Below, in pieces: positions 21,449-34,180 of a stretch of DNA of 64,000 nucleotides. The stretch's first letter is position 1, and each line of letters opens with the position of its first letter. Position numbers and translations under genes: made by a program. The notes beneath the pieces were generated by a model, which ran no database searches, had not been told where the DNA came from, and worked only from the letters and a program-made list of their open reading frames with translations. Origin of the DNA: Eledone cirrhosa (Eukaryota); assembly GCA_964016885.1 (NCBI GenBank), contig CAXHJY010001022.1, positions 1-64,000 on the forward strand. Reading direction: 5' to 3'.

Positions 21449-21539
21449 AAATTAAATGAAGGGTGTCATGTCGGCGACATGCGCCATATCCACTGTAGAA
21501 TATGCTCCAAAGATTCCAATGAATAGATCCGAGCATTTT

Positions 21540-22222
21540 ATATCAACTAGAAATTGATTGACATATATATATATATAAAATAAAAATAATTTGTAAAAGT
21601 GTGTAACAATATATTATCACTACATTATTGATAACTATGTGTAAGCACACATAGCTAGTTAGGTAACTAATTAAAGTTTAACTAGAACTTCAAACATAGA
21701 TACCTTATAAATTTATTATTCTTCCATGTATATATTTCATTAAAGAAATATATTTCACCATTAATTGATCGGTAAACCACAATAGACAAATCCCGGATTG
21801 TTTAGTTGAAAGGAGTCGGCTGCTATTTCCAGTTGTCGATAACCTTATTGACGCCACTGGGTGAAGCTGGCACGATGTGTGTATTTAAAAAAAATACAGC
21901 ACGTGCTACCAGTCATTCGTAGATTTGAATTTGGTGTGTAAACACAGATAGTTGAATTTTCTCCCTTGTTGAAACTTCGGTTTGGCACTGTGGTTTACCG
22001 ATCGCTTAATGGTGAAATATATTTCTTTATATGAACTAGAAATTGATTGACATATATATATACAAGAAATATTAATCAATTTATAAGGTATCTATTTTTG
22101 AAGTTCTAGTTAAACTTTAATTAGTTACCTACCCAGCTATGTGTGCTTTCCACAATTTTACAAATTATTCCGTGATTGTTTCATATGTTTATTTTAGATA
22201 TATATGTCACTCAAATTCTAGT

Positions 22223-22228
<6 letters not shown>
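21540..22228. mobile_element. Foldback/MITE-like element with long imperfect TIRs
   Basis: Termini atatcaactagaa...ttctagttgatat; inverted blocks ~21645-21715/~22078-22147 and ~21742-21790/~21980-22028; no ORF. Confidence 0.65.
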
Positions 22229-22277
<49 letters not shown>

Positions 22278-22281
<4 letters not shown>

Positions 22282-22990
22282 GGTTAGAAGGTTCACCACT
22301 GGATAGAATTGGTCATTCCGTATGGTCAATCTTGATGTAATAATATGGAGAGTACTCAACGTAAAGCAGCTCAACCGTCTTCGTTTGTATAGTTGGTGAT
22401 GTGAGAACGGAGTTAATTATTATAATAAAATAACAGGAGGCTGGACTTGTGTACATCCTTGAAAGGTTTATTATACTATGAACATTTCAATGACCGGGTT
22501 CCGTATGAATCCGGTGATATCATCAGGTATTCGAAATATAATAGATGAATGTAACTGATAAAATCCATGGGACTGAAAATCATAGACCCGAGGACGACCG
22601 ACCATCTAGCATCTTCCACTTCATCCGGTCGCCCTCAAGTGCTGGCTATTCGGTCTACTTAAGGCTATCTGGTGAGGGGGAAAAAGCATATAATGTGCTG
22701 TCAACCTCCCGGTCAAAGAGAAAACAGAGACAGAGAGAAAGAAGAAGAAAAGTCAGCGTTAATGTCATGCTACAATCAGGCTAGGAATTGCCGCGAAATA
22801 TGTTATTCTAAAGAACCTATATCTTAACAGAGGTATATATAATAACAGAGGTATATATAGTGGGTGTCTGCATGGTATAATGTGTGAACAGAACATTGGA
22901 ACATAACATTTTTGTTTAGATTCATAGGATGAAATTTAAAAAGAATTAAATTAAAGACTGTAATTATAAATTTAAAAAAGTTAGAAAATT
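22278..22990 (-). mobile_element. PLE pLTR remnant
   Basis: Contains an HHR; 3' end abuts (TA)n; upstream boundary approximate. Confidence 0.55.
22473..22530 (-). ncRNA. Type I hammerhead ribozyme
   Basis: atac CTGATGA tatc accgg attc atacg gaac ccggt catt GAAA tgttca TA gtat. Confidence 0.75.
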
Positions 22991-23038
22991 AAAAATTAAA
23001 CAGTTTATATATATATACATATAGTATTATAATATATA

Positions 23039-23072
<34 letters not shown>

Positions 23073-23189
23073 AAGAGATATGAGAGAAAGGGAGAGAGGG
23101 AGGGTGATAGATAGATAGAGAGAGAGACCGCATAATTCGTAACCAATTCTATTCACATCCATTACATACATTTGCTTTGATGCAAAGAG

Positions 23190-23322
23190 ATACGGCCTTT
23201 TCCACTATGAGTTCAAATCCCGCCGAGGTTAACTTTGCCTTTCATCCTTACGGGGTCGATAAAATAAAGTACCAGTAATACACTGGGTAATTGCTGGCTT
23301 TGTACCAAAAGTAGAAACAATT
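23190..23322 (+). mobile_element. tRNA-derived SINE, 5'-truncated
   Basis: B box gagttcaaatcc and gcctttcatccttacggggtcgataaaat core shared with 25632-25820. Confidence 0.85.
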
Positions 23323-23574
23323 ATGTATGCAAGAAATAATATAGACATTTATAATTATATACACATATGCACATACACGAAAAAAAAAATATATATATAA
23401 CCAAATGTTAAACAAGATTCATTGATTATTCAATGCATATAGTTTTACAATAGATTAAAAACACTCAACAGTTAGTTTTCTGGAGTTATTAATACTATTC
23501 AAAATATTAATAAATGCCAAGACTGTAATTGAACAATCAGCACAGTTGAGGTATGTCATACATCAATGTATGTA

Positions 23575-23635
23575 TTTTATCTGATGAGGACATACTGAAA
23601 AAAAACACAGTGCCTCCGAAATATATATAATAAAA
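23575..23635 (+). ncRNA. Type I hammerhead ribozyme (related to family G pLTR)
   Basis: ttttat CTGATGA gga cat actg...cagt gcc tcc GAAA tatata TA ataaaa; flanks resemble 43800-43955. Confidence 0.8.
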
Positions 23636-23684
23636 CATATATTTTGATTTGATTACGTGAATGTCTCTATTTATTAATATTTTG

Positions 23685-23776
<92 letters not shown>

Positions 23777-24071
23777 GTATGTATATATGTATATATGTAA
23801 TAGAATGAAACGAAATTTCATTTCTCATTCTTAGTACGGCACTTACTTAAATGTAAGTATGTATGTATACGTACATACATATATGTATACAGACGTACAG
23901 TAGTCTGTATGTATATATATACATGCTACTGTACGTCTGTATACATATATGTATGTACGTATACATACTTACATTTAAGTAAGTGCCGTACTAAGAGTGA
24001 GAAATGAAATTTCGTTTCATTCTATTCCATTTATCGTCTTCGGTGCGCCTGGTCGACTGATCTCACTCGAT

Positions 24072-24120
24072 ATGCAAATTAGGCTGCTCAGCCGTTAATT
24101 TTCATAAGGAGAGTATATAC
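24072..24120 (+). promoter_or_regulatory. Octamer + PSE-like box + TATA-like (repeated per unit)
   Basis: ATGCAAAT 24072-24079; TAATTTTCATA 24096-24106; gtatatac ~24113-24120. Confidence 0.5.
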
Positions 24121-24153
24121 TTTCGGACGTTCAACCATCTGGCAGAAAGGTAT

Positions 24154-24196
24154 ACGGTGCTGACGATAGCTAATAAGCTTGAAACTAGTACATCGT
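24154..24196 (+). ncRNA. Type I hammerhead (S1 unit 1, intact)
   Basis: acggtg CTGACGA t agct aata agct t GAAA ctag TA catcgt. Confidence 0.88.
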
Positions 24197-25037
24197 TCCT
24201 GTGTCAGTGTTGAACAAAAAGGTGACGTGGTTGCCTAAATACTGTACGGCGTTATTCAGGCTGCTTGTTTGTTTACAAACGAACAAACCGAGCATTATAA
24301 TAAATGTTCGGTAGACTGATACGTGCATATATATATGTGTACCTGTATGTATATATATACATGCTACTGTACGTCTGTATACATATATGTATGTACGTAT
24401 ACATACATACTTACATTTAAGTAAGTGCCGTACTAAGAGTGAGAATTGAAATTTAGTTTTATTCTATTCCATTCATCGTTTTAGGTGCGCCTGGCCGACT
24501 GAACTCACTCGATATGCAAATTAGGCTGCTCAGCCGTTAATTGTCATAAGGAAAGTATATACTTTCGGACGTTCAACCATCTGGCAGAAAGGTATACGGT
24601 GCTGGCGATAGCTAATAAGCTTGAATATTGAACATCGTTCCTGTGTCAGTGTTGAACAAAAAGGTGACGTGGTTGACTAAACACTATACGGCGTAATTAA
24701 GGCTGTTTGTTTCTTTACAAACGAACAAACCGAGCATTATAATAAAAGTTTCGTAAACTGATACGTGCATATATATATGTGTGCTTGTATGTATATATAT
24801 ACATGCTACTGAACGTCTGTATACATATATGTATGTACGTATACATACATACTTACATTTAAGTAAGTGCCGTAATAAGAGTGAGAAATGAAATTTCGTT
24901 TCATTCTATTCCATTCATCGTTTTAGGTGCGCCTGGCCAGCTGAACTCACTCGATATGCAAATTAGGCTGCTGAGCCGTTAATTTTCATAAGGAAAGTAT
25001 ATACTTTCGGAAGTTCAACCATCTGGCAGAAATGTAT

Positions 25038-25080
25038 ACGGTGCTGACGATAGCTAATAAGCTTGAAACTAGTACATCGT
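25038..25080 (+). ncRNA. Type I hammerhead (S1 unit 3, intact)
   Basis: Same as unit 1; units 2, 4 and 5 (24596, 25480, 26122) carry core or stem mutations. Confidence 0.85.
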
Positions 25081-25631
25081 TCCTGTGTCAGTGTTGAACA
25101 AAAAGGTGACGTAGTTGCCTAAACACTGTACGGCGTAATTCAGGCTGTTTGTTTGTTTACAAACGAACAAACCGAGCAATATAATAAAATTTCGGTAAAC
25201 TGATACGTGCATATATATATGTGTGCCTGTATGTATATATATACATGCTACTGTACGTCTGTATACATATATGTATGTACGTATACATACATACTTACAT
25301 TTAAGTAAGTGCCGTACTAAGAGTGAGAAATGAAATTTCGTTTCATTCTATTCCATTTATCGTTTTCGGTGCGCCTGGCCGACTGAACTCACTCGATATA
25401 CAAATTAGGCTGCTCAGCCGTTAATTTTCATCAGGAAAGTATATACTTTCGGACGTTTAACCATCTGGCAGAAAGGTATAAGTTGCTGACGATAGCTAAT
25501 AAGCTTAAAACTAGTACATCGTTCCTGTGTCAGTGTTGAACAAAAAGGTGACGTGGTTGACTAAACACTGTACGGCGTAATTCAGGCTGTTTGTTTACAA
25601 ACGAACAAACCGAGCATTATAATAAATGTTC

Positions 25632-25820
25632 AAGGGCGGTGGATTGGCAGTATCGGTAGAGGGTCGGACGCCATGCTTTGACGCATAGAGTTACGGCCCT
25701 TGCCATTCTGAGTTCAAATCCCGCCGAGGTTAACTTTGCCTTTCATCCTTACGGGGTCGATAAAATAAAGTACCAGTAATACACTGGGTAATTTCTGGCC
25801 TTGTGCCAAACGTAGAAACA
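25632..25820 (+). mobile_element. Full-length tRNA-derived SINE with 16 bp TSD
   Basis: A box tggcagtatcgg; B box gagttcaaatcc; TSD attataataaatgttc at 25616-25631 and 25821-25836; central domain resembles the Meta-type/octopus SINE core (from memory). Confidence 0.92.
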
Positions 25821-26405
25821 ATTATAATAAATGTTCGGTAAACTGATACGTGCATATATATATGTGTGCCTGTATGTATATATATACATGCTACTGTACG
25901 TTTGTATACATATATGTATGTACGTATACATACATACTTACATTTAAGTAAGTGCCGTAATAAGAGTGAGAAATGAAATTTCGTTTCATTCTATTCCATT
26001 TATCGTTTCGGTGCATCTGGCCGACTGAACTCACTCGATATGCAAATTAGGCTGCTCAGCCGTTAATTTTCATAAGGAGAGTATATACTTTCGGACGTTC
26101 AACCATCTGGCAGAAAGGTATATGCTGCTGACGATAGCTAATAAGCTTGAAACTAATACATCGTTCCTGTGTCAGTGTTGAACAAAAAGGTGTCGTGGTT
26201 GCCTAAACACTGTACGGCGTAATTCAGGCTGTTTGTTTGTTTACAAACGAACAAACCGGGCATTATAATAAATGTTCGGTAAACTGATACGTGCATATAT
26301 ATATGTGTGCCTGTATGTATATATATACATGCTACTGTACATCTGTATACATATGTGTATTTACGTATACATACATACTTACATTTATGTATATATATTT
26401 ATGTA

Positions 26406-26451
<46 letters not shown>

Positions 26452-26517
26452 TATATGTATATATGTATATATATATGTATATATGTATATATATATATAT
26501 GTATATATATATGTTTA

Positions 26518-26565
<48 letters not shown>

Positions 26566-26597
26566 CATATATACATATACACATATATATATATATA

Positions 26598-28846
26598 AAG
26601 ATTAAAATACTGGAGCGTGTTGGAGTTAAACACCCTCTTCGTATTATAGAAATGACAGTAAAAGGTATAGCTCAATGTAATTAAACAGAGCCGACGAATT
26701 ATGAAAGTAAAACAAAAGAGCCTTCAATACATCAAAAGTCTTTATTAGCCAACAATGTTACGTCCTATTAAGGACTCATCAGGGCAATTAAAACAACAAG
26801 AAGTATTATCGGCCAATACAAGCCGGAAACTCCGAAGAACATGGAGTGTACATACACTAAAGTATTGCAAGATTATGTGTAAAAGTATATAATAAAAAAA
26901 TATATAATAAAAATCACTAAGGAGGTGTATAACATTTAGAACCATATTACAAATATAGTCCAAAGCAAAAAAAAACTAGAGCTAAACAAAGGTGGATATA
27001 TAGAGCGGGACTTATATATAATACTATATAATATAATATAATATACTTGTAACAATATTAAAATTACAATAAAAATTAAAAGGTACAATATACATATGTA
27101 TATATGTACGCACACGTACGCACATATACACATACATCAATACACATATCCATCTTCAACATCACAAATTAAACCTTATTAAGAGTTTAAATATAAATAA
27201 GCATGATAGGAATAAAAATAATAATAATAATAATAATACGTATATCTAATATACATGAGGTAATAATGTGATATAATTATAAGTAGCACATATAATATAT
27301 AATATAATAAACTATACAATTATATACTATATAATATAATATAATAGATAATCACCGGTTAATTTACACAAACAATATAGATGTCACAATAATACTATAA
27401 AAATAATATAATAACATATATAATATATAATATATAATGGCATGCAAGTTAACATATCAATTCATATAGAGTTACAGAGTAGGTGAGAAAAAATATAAAT
27501 TGTACAATACCCAAAATTATGATGGTACAAAAATATAAACATCTTACATGATATATAAAGTTTAACATATCATAATGGTACTTATAATCAACGGTAAGTA
27601 ATAAGGATCGATAGTACAATAACAAATACAATATAAAATAATTAACATAATATAATATATAAATACTTATAATTACAAGGTTGGTAAACAGACATATATG
27701 TGGATGAGTGAGTAAGGGCCAGACAGTAAATAGAATGCACAGTAGTATTAATAAATAAATAAATAAATAAATAAATATAATCAACCGGAAATTAAAAAAA
27801 CAAAAACAAAAGTATATACTTAGGTCTCACATGCAGTTAAGTAAAAACTACGGAAACAACCCCGTTAAATGACTCGAAAACCCTATTTTATAAATTAATA
27901 TTAAAAATATTTAAAATATCTAATAAGGCAATACAATATTAGCATTGGTTTAAGTAATCAAAATTTATAGACGTTAATATTTCACTACAAATATATATAT
28001 AAAGGAATGAAATTTTCTACTATCATTTACATAACGATATCTAAAAAACTGACTTAAGCAGAATTATGGTAGGCTAATAGGGACAAAAAAAAGAAGTGTA
28101 TGGAGGATGCAAAGAAGCATAAAATCGTAGTCAATGTACTATATTAAATAATAGAAAGGAGCGTAAAAGAGGGGGGGGTTAAATATAATCATAATCTATT
28201 TGAAGGGGTTGACAATAACATTATGTGCGCATGGGGGAGGGAGGAGGGTGAAGGGGGGGGGGGGGGGGGGGAGGGCTATCCAAAGAAGAATCCAAATAAA
28301 ATAAAATAAAATGAAATGAAATAAAATAAAATAATGTAAAATATATAATCAGATATATACTCGTAAGGTGTTAATAGTGAAAATTTGATGCGTAAGAAGA
28401 TAGATATGGTATAGTAGCCAAAAGATTATGAGAGCTAGAATAAAGAGTTGTCAAAAACCAATGATAATAATGATGATAATGATGGTGGTAAACAAAAAAG
28501 AACCTAAACTAAAAAATAAGTAATGGAATATATCAGCTAATGGATACAATTTATACTACTAGAACCTATAGGTTTATAATAAAAGTAAGAATTAGAAATA
28601 GCGTGGGGGCAAGGAGAGAATATCTCAGACTGTCTATTAAGTAAGGATTCGCTAGAGAAAATTATAGAGTGTGTCTCGAGGATACAGAGATTACAAAATT
28701 TAGTATGTGTAGAAAGGTTATTAGAGCGTGCTACTAAACGCCAATTAAGGCTATATGGTATATTAGCCCCCTTAAGTTTAAGAATTCTACTTCAGTAGCA
28801 CACTATATCTGGGATATTAAGGGGGCTAATATACCATATAGCCTTA
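26598..28846 (-). mobile_element. 5'-truncated copy of PLE family E (EN C-terminus, 3'UTR, HHR at 26744-26788 with GAAA>GTAA) and short 5' inversion
   Basis: Reverse complement of ~48390-50490; 28795-28846 is an inverted piece. Confidence 0.9.
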
Positions 28847-28953
28847 AACCGTACGTTCAAATTTCGGTGAAATTGCTACACTTATAGATGAAGGTCCGGC
28901 GGAACCATCGGTCAAATAAATTTTCAAATAAGTTCTTGTTTTCGATTATGTCA

Positions 28954-30086
28954 TCTATATATATAAAACTGTGGTTGTCTGTCTGTCTACTAAAACCTTC
29001 GGCACACATCTCCTCTTAAACCGTACGTTCAAATTTCGGTGAAATTGCTACACTTATAGATGAAGGTCCAGCGGAACCATCGGTCAAACAAATTTTCAAA
29101 TCGACCCACGCCAAGTGTAAAAATCGAATTTGTAATGTATTGATTTTTCAGTTCAAATGTATAAATAGAGATGAGAGACGAGTTATTTCCCTTTTATGGC
29201 GTCATTTGCTTATCTATTTATGTTACGTATAAACGACGCGGTGGACCGAGAAGAACAATTTCATGCAAAGAGAAGACCAAGTTTATGGTGTAAATGGAGT
29301 CGTTAGCCTAATATTCTATTTAAAATAACCGAATGATTTCCAGCCCCGGAGTTTAAGAATGATGTAAATAAAATTGTAAACGAAAATGACAGGTTATTAA
29401 AATAGTTGTTTCTACTTTTGGCACAAGGCCAGCAATTAATCAGTACATTACTGGTACTTTATTTTATCGACCCCGTAAGGATGAAAGGTAAAGTTAACCT
29501 CGACGGGATTTTAACTTTGCCTTAACATAGTAAAAGTAAATAGTGAAGTTTTAGGCCAGTACATACGTATGCACCGACGAACATACACATACTTATACAT
29601 ACGCACACACAAATACATACACACACATACACGTGCGCGTGCGCGCGTGTGTGTAAACCTTATGCATTTCTACAGTATTTTCACCAAACTTAAGACATAG
29701 GTTACTCATGTACTCCGGATGGTCATGGACACTTTCATTTTTCCAGATATTGATTATAGGGCCTCCCGGCAGATAACACCCTTTAACCACTTCCTTGGAG
29801 TCGACTGAAGCACTGCAGTGCAATGCAAAAAAAACGTCATAACTTCTGGAGTTCGCAACCGATTTTCACAAAACTTGACACATGGGATACGTTTGTTCTA
29901 CAGATGGATGTGAACTCTCAGAATTGGCACATATTGAGTAGGGGACCCCTGAGGGCAGGAACCCCCTTTTGGAAAAAGTCGATGAGTTTATAAAAGTATA
30001 GTTTTCGAAGCAGCAGTGAAGTATTGACATAAATGGTATACATAACTGCTATTTAATACCCGAGCAACGCCGGGTACCTCTGCTTG
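28954..30086 (+). mobile_element. Non-autonomous Helitron
   Basis: 5' A|TCTATATATATAAAA followed by (gtct)n; 3' hairpin acccgagc-aac-gccgggt then CTTG|T (CTAG variant). Confidence 0.75.
29405..29515 (-). mobile_element. SINE fragment nested in the Helitron
   Basis: Reverse complement of the SINE 3' half. Confidence 0.85.
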
Positions 30087-30087
30087 T

Positions 30088-30361
30088 ATAGTATATCATT
30101 GTATACTTTATTATATTATATATTATATGTGCTACTTATAATTATATCATATTATTACCTCATGTATATTAGATATACATATTATTATTATTATTATTTG
30201 TATTCCTATCATGCTTATTTATATTTAAACTCTTAATAAGGTTTAATTTGTGGTGTTGAAGATGGATATGTGTATTGATGTATGTGTATATGTGTGTACG
30301 TGTTCGGACATATATACATATGTATATTGTACCTTTTAATTTTTGTTGTAATTTTAATATT
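30088..30361 (+). mobile_element. PLE family E 3'UTR fragment
   Basis: Reverse complement of ~27055-27335. Confidence 0.85.
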
Positions 30362-30749
30362 GGAAGTTCACCGAAACATATATACAATGGCAAGCACACG
30401 TATTCGAAGTCTGTCGGAAAAAAATATGTTGTCTTATCTAATACTTACTGGCATTACGGACACAGATTAGTGCAGAGTAGAGCTTAATGTATTCATGTAC
30501 ATTTGCAGTGTTTATGCTAGTGTCTGTCAGACAAACTTTGTGTGATTTGCTGTTGTATTTTCATTTCAATATCCGTTGTATTTTCATTCAGGCCGATACT
30601 GCCGGCGTGATTACTGGCTACTTGAATAATGCAATGACTAGAAATTGTGTGCTGGCGTACGTGTCCGGTCAGGAAGCGAATGCAGATCGTCAATATCCTA
30701 AAAAGCATATCATAAGCGGATACACAATCTGCTGATCTTTCTCCTTCAC

Positions 30750-31320
30750 GTACTGAATTGTTTTTCGTTATTAATATACGGAAAACGGCTACCGATTAAC
30801 GAAGAATACTACCTGGATATCACCCGGCGTCTTCGCAATGATTTTCGATACGAGAGAACGTATTCAAAACTCTCAAAATTGGTAGCTGTATCCAGATGAA
30901 ATGCTGACTAGTTAGTTATAGCTCATCTAAAGTTTCCTCATTTGTCTGGTACCATATTTTCTAGCACACGCCATTCTGACTTTTTTAACTGCAAAGAAGG
31001 CAACGTTGACTGCGGCGGCAGCTGGAGCCATTCCTGAAAGGTGCTACGGTCGTGGTTTCAACGGTGGAAATATTTCAGGACTAAATTCGTGAAGGCAAAA
31101 TTAACATTGATCAAAAGAATTATCCAGGAGCCGCAAACAATACATATGAATTTCCACAGCCTATGGCCGAAAAGGTTATCAACAAAACTTGAATGATACT
31201 CTGTCATTTAATGAGTAAAAATGATACTCAAAGATACCATGTGTGCCTTCGTCTCCATATGCAGCTGGCCGGCTTTGCCACGTAATGTATGATTTATTAT
31301 AAGTACATTTAATTTTATAC
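30750..31320 (+). pseudogene. Possible highly decayed mariner transposase remnant
   Basis: Manual translation INEEYYLDITRRLRNDFR...QNW*LYPDE...VPSSPYA resembles mariner VNxEYYxxVLRRLR...WxLHHDN...PxPPYSPD. Confidence 0.4.
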
Positions 31321-31602
31321 ACCTAAGAATTGTCTTCTTAATTTTCATCTTAATATTTTAAAGCTAGTGTTTGTCTAGTTTACCACACGTTGTGACTCCG
31401 GAGTGTACAGAAATTCCGCAGGTATTTAGTTTGATTATTTCGGCAGCATTTGACAACGTAGTTTTGTATTTGTTGCGAATAGTATACATATATATATGTA
31501 TACATATGTATATATATAAGTTATTCCGGGTTCAATCGGAGGTAACCACAGTAAGTAAGGTACTCAATACATAGCAGAGTATAAATGTGTTAATATAGAT
31601 GA

Positions 31603-31651
31603 GATTCTACAGGACTAGAACGGTTTCATTCTTTAGAAATCATCAGGAATC
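31603..31651 (-). ncRNA. Type I hammerhead in a short PLE pLTR remnant (~31520-31870)
   Basis: gattc CTGATGA t ttct aa agaa t GAAA ccgttctagtcctg TA gaatc. Confidence 0.7.
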
Positions 31652-32074
31652 TGGCTGTCCAAAACAAATGTGGTATTTATATCTTTTCTGGTGGTAGGAG
31701 AGGGTGGGGAGTGGAATTGGTGGAGGTAATGGGTTGAAAGAAAGGGGAAATTCTTTAAAAGCTAATTCTTTAAAGCTCTACTTAGAGTGAGAAATGCCAA
31801 GAGAATGTTTTAAACCAGTTCAAATATTGGGTGCTTTTCATTATTGTCATGTTTCTCTTAAGCTATATTTCAGGCGTCAACAAACAACTTCACATACACA
31901 CACACATATATATATACATATATATATAAATATACACATATACAAACATATACAAACACATCTACACATATACACCTGTTACATAAATACATAAATACAC
32001 ATACACAAATATACATAAATATATATATATATATATATATTATTATTATGTAATAAACAACATAAGGCAATTAT

Positions 32075-32132
32075 TCTATTTACCAGTGGTTTCTTAAAAG
32101 CAAAAGGTTTTGCTTTCAATCCTCAGAATGAA
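32075..32132 (-). ncRNA. Type I hammerhead (family F, inverted copy)
   Basis: Reverse complement of 34998-35055. Confidence 0.8.
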
Positions 32133-32412
32133 AAATCCTGGTTTGTTTATTGAATTTGGATTCTAAAAACAAAAATGCAATCTATATAAAAGTGAGGCTG
32201 GAAAAGGGAGAAGGAAAGAAAAATAAAATAAAACTACACATGCAAACACACACACAAAAAAACACAAAAGCATACTTACACACACATACACATATACAAT
32301 TATATAAATGTACGCATACATATATACATATACACACATATATATATAAAACGTACACCTACACACACATACACATATATACACACATATACACATACAT
32401 ACATTCATACAT

Positions 32413-32451
<39 letters not shown>

Positions 32452-32479
32452 TACACACACACATATAAATATATGTACA

Positions 32480-32531
<52 letters not shown>

Positions 32532-32685
32532 CACACATACACACACACACACATGTGTGTGTACAAGCATACACATACACAAACATAGCCATACATACAC
32601 ACATATATATACACATACATGCATTCACACAAACATACAACGTACATACATACACATACATGAATGCACTCCTCTACATATTCAT

Positions 32686-33135
32686 GAATGCCAATTGCAG
32701 GGTAAATGTAACACAAAATCTGTCGTTTATGAGGCTAAGATAACGCCAGTTATCATCAACCAGCCAGCCAGGAGTGAGCGATATGTTGGTATGACCCAGG
32801 ACAGGTTTAAAACCAGATTTTACTCACATGTCGCTTCTTTTAAGCACTCTGATAAACGAACATCAACGGCCCTCGCAAGTAAGGTATGGGATCTCAAGGA
32901 TAGTAATATCCCGTACTCTATTGATTGGTCTATATTAGAACATTCGAGGGAGTACCAAAGGGGCACAAAGAATTGTTCTTTGTGCACCACAGAAAAGTAT
33001 AGGATTTTGCTAAACTTGAGAGCCACTTCCGCTTGCCTTAACTCAAAGACTGAGATCTTCAGATGCTGTCCTCATCTGAAATCGCATCTGATCTGTAACT
33101 GGATTAACACTCCTATGAGAAATCAACCGCCTTGA
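32686..33135 (+). pseudogene. PLE GIY-YIG endonuclease domain, uninterrupted but 5'-truncated
   Basis: CQLQGKC, VVYEAKI, RYVGMTQDRFKTRFYSH, CSLCTTEK, LNSKTEIFRCCPH. Confidence 0.92.
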
Positions 33136-33339
33136 ACTCCTTCTCTGCTCTTTACTTTTGCTACGGTTTTTATTTTGCTGACTCTACCTCTGTACTCTTG
33201 TATATTTAAAAAAAAATGTTCTCCCTTACCTCCCCTTATATTTTACCTTCTCTTATGCCCCCCCCCCATATATTCTTTTTGTTTTGCCCTTCACATACCT
33301 ATGTGTATGTGTATGTATTTTTGTGTGTATATATATATG

Positions 33340-33371
<32 letters not shown>

Positions 33372-33373
33372 TT

Positions 33374-33421
<48 letters not shown>

Positions 33422-33656
33422 CGTGTGTGTATGTATATAATTGTATATTTGTATGTGTATATGTATGTATATGAAGATTGAACTTTTTTGCTTTTAAGAA
33501 ACCTCTGGTGAATGTGTTACTTTATTACTTTACTACTATATATACGTTTATGTAAGGTTCATTTGTCTTATCTAATACTGAGCTTTACACATACACACAT
33601 GTATATGTGTGTGTGTATGTGTATGCATGTGTGTATGTGTACGTGTATGTGTGTAT

Positions 33657-33690
<34 letters not shown>

Positions 33691-34021
33691 GTGTATATAT
33701 ATATGTATGTATGTATATGTGTGCGTGTGTATTTATTTATTTTTATGTATGGGAGTGTGTGTGTGTGTTTGTATTTGGTTGTGCGTGCGTTTGATATATA
33801 CATATTTGCATGTGTATAATTGTTTAGCTATGTATGTATATGTGTGTTTACGTATATATATGTGTGTGTGTGTGTGTGCGTTTATATTTCTATATTTTTG
33901 TATGTATATATATATATATATGTAGGAAGGATCGACTTTGTTGTCAAATCGGACCGAGGGAACAATGTTTTCGTTGGTCTTTCCTATTGCTAATACTATC
34001 TATCGGTCGCAACTCCAGGTA

Positions 34022-34140
34022 GAAGGAGCAACGTGAAATAAAGTGTCTTGCTCAAGGACATAACGCATCGCCTGGTCCAGGAATCGAACTCACAACCTTA
34101 CGATTGCGAATACAATTCTCTAACCACTCAGCCACACGCC

Positions 34141-34144
<4 letters not shown>
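34022..34144 (-). mobile_element. tRNA-derived SINE (CORE-like)
   Basis: Minus strand: A box tggctgagtgg, B box gagttcgattcc, then tgtccttgagcaagacact. Confidence 0.8.

Positions 34145-34180
<36 letters not shown>

Larger units (their letters stand above)
23802..26387 (+). repeat. S1 tandem array: ~5 units of 442 bp with HHR, plus 5' inverted arm (retrozyme-like satellite)
   Basis: Octamers at 24072, 24514, 24956, 25398 (mutated) and 26040; inverted arm ~23802-23915; SINE in the 4th unit. Confidence 0.92.

Noticed and set aside
25632-25730. tRNA gene (also 34070-34144)
   Set aside because: A and B boxes belong to SINE heads that continue into SINE bodies
23802-26387. CRISPR array or snRNA gene cluster (also S2)
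   Set aside because: No unique spacers or cas genes; no Sm site or U-snRNA sequence recognised; the transcribed part is an HHR
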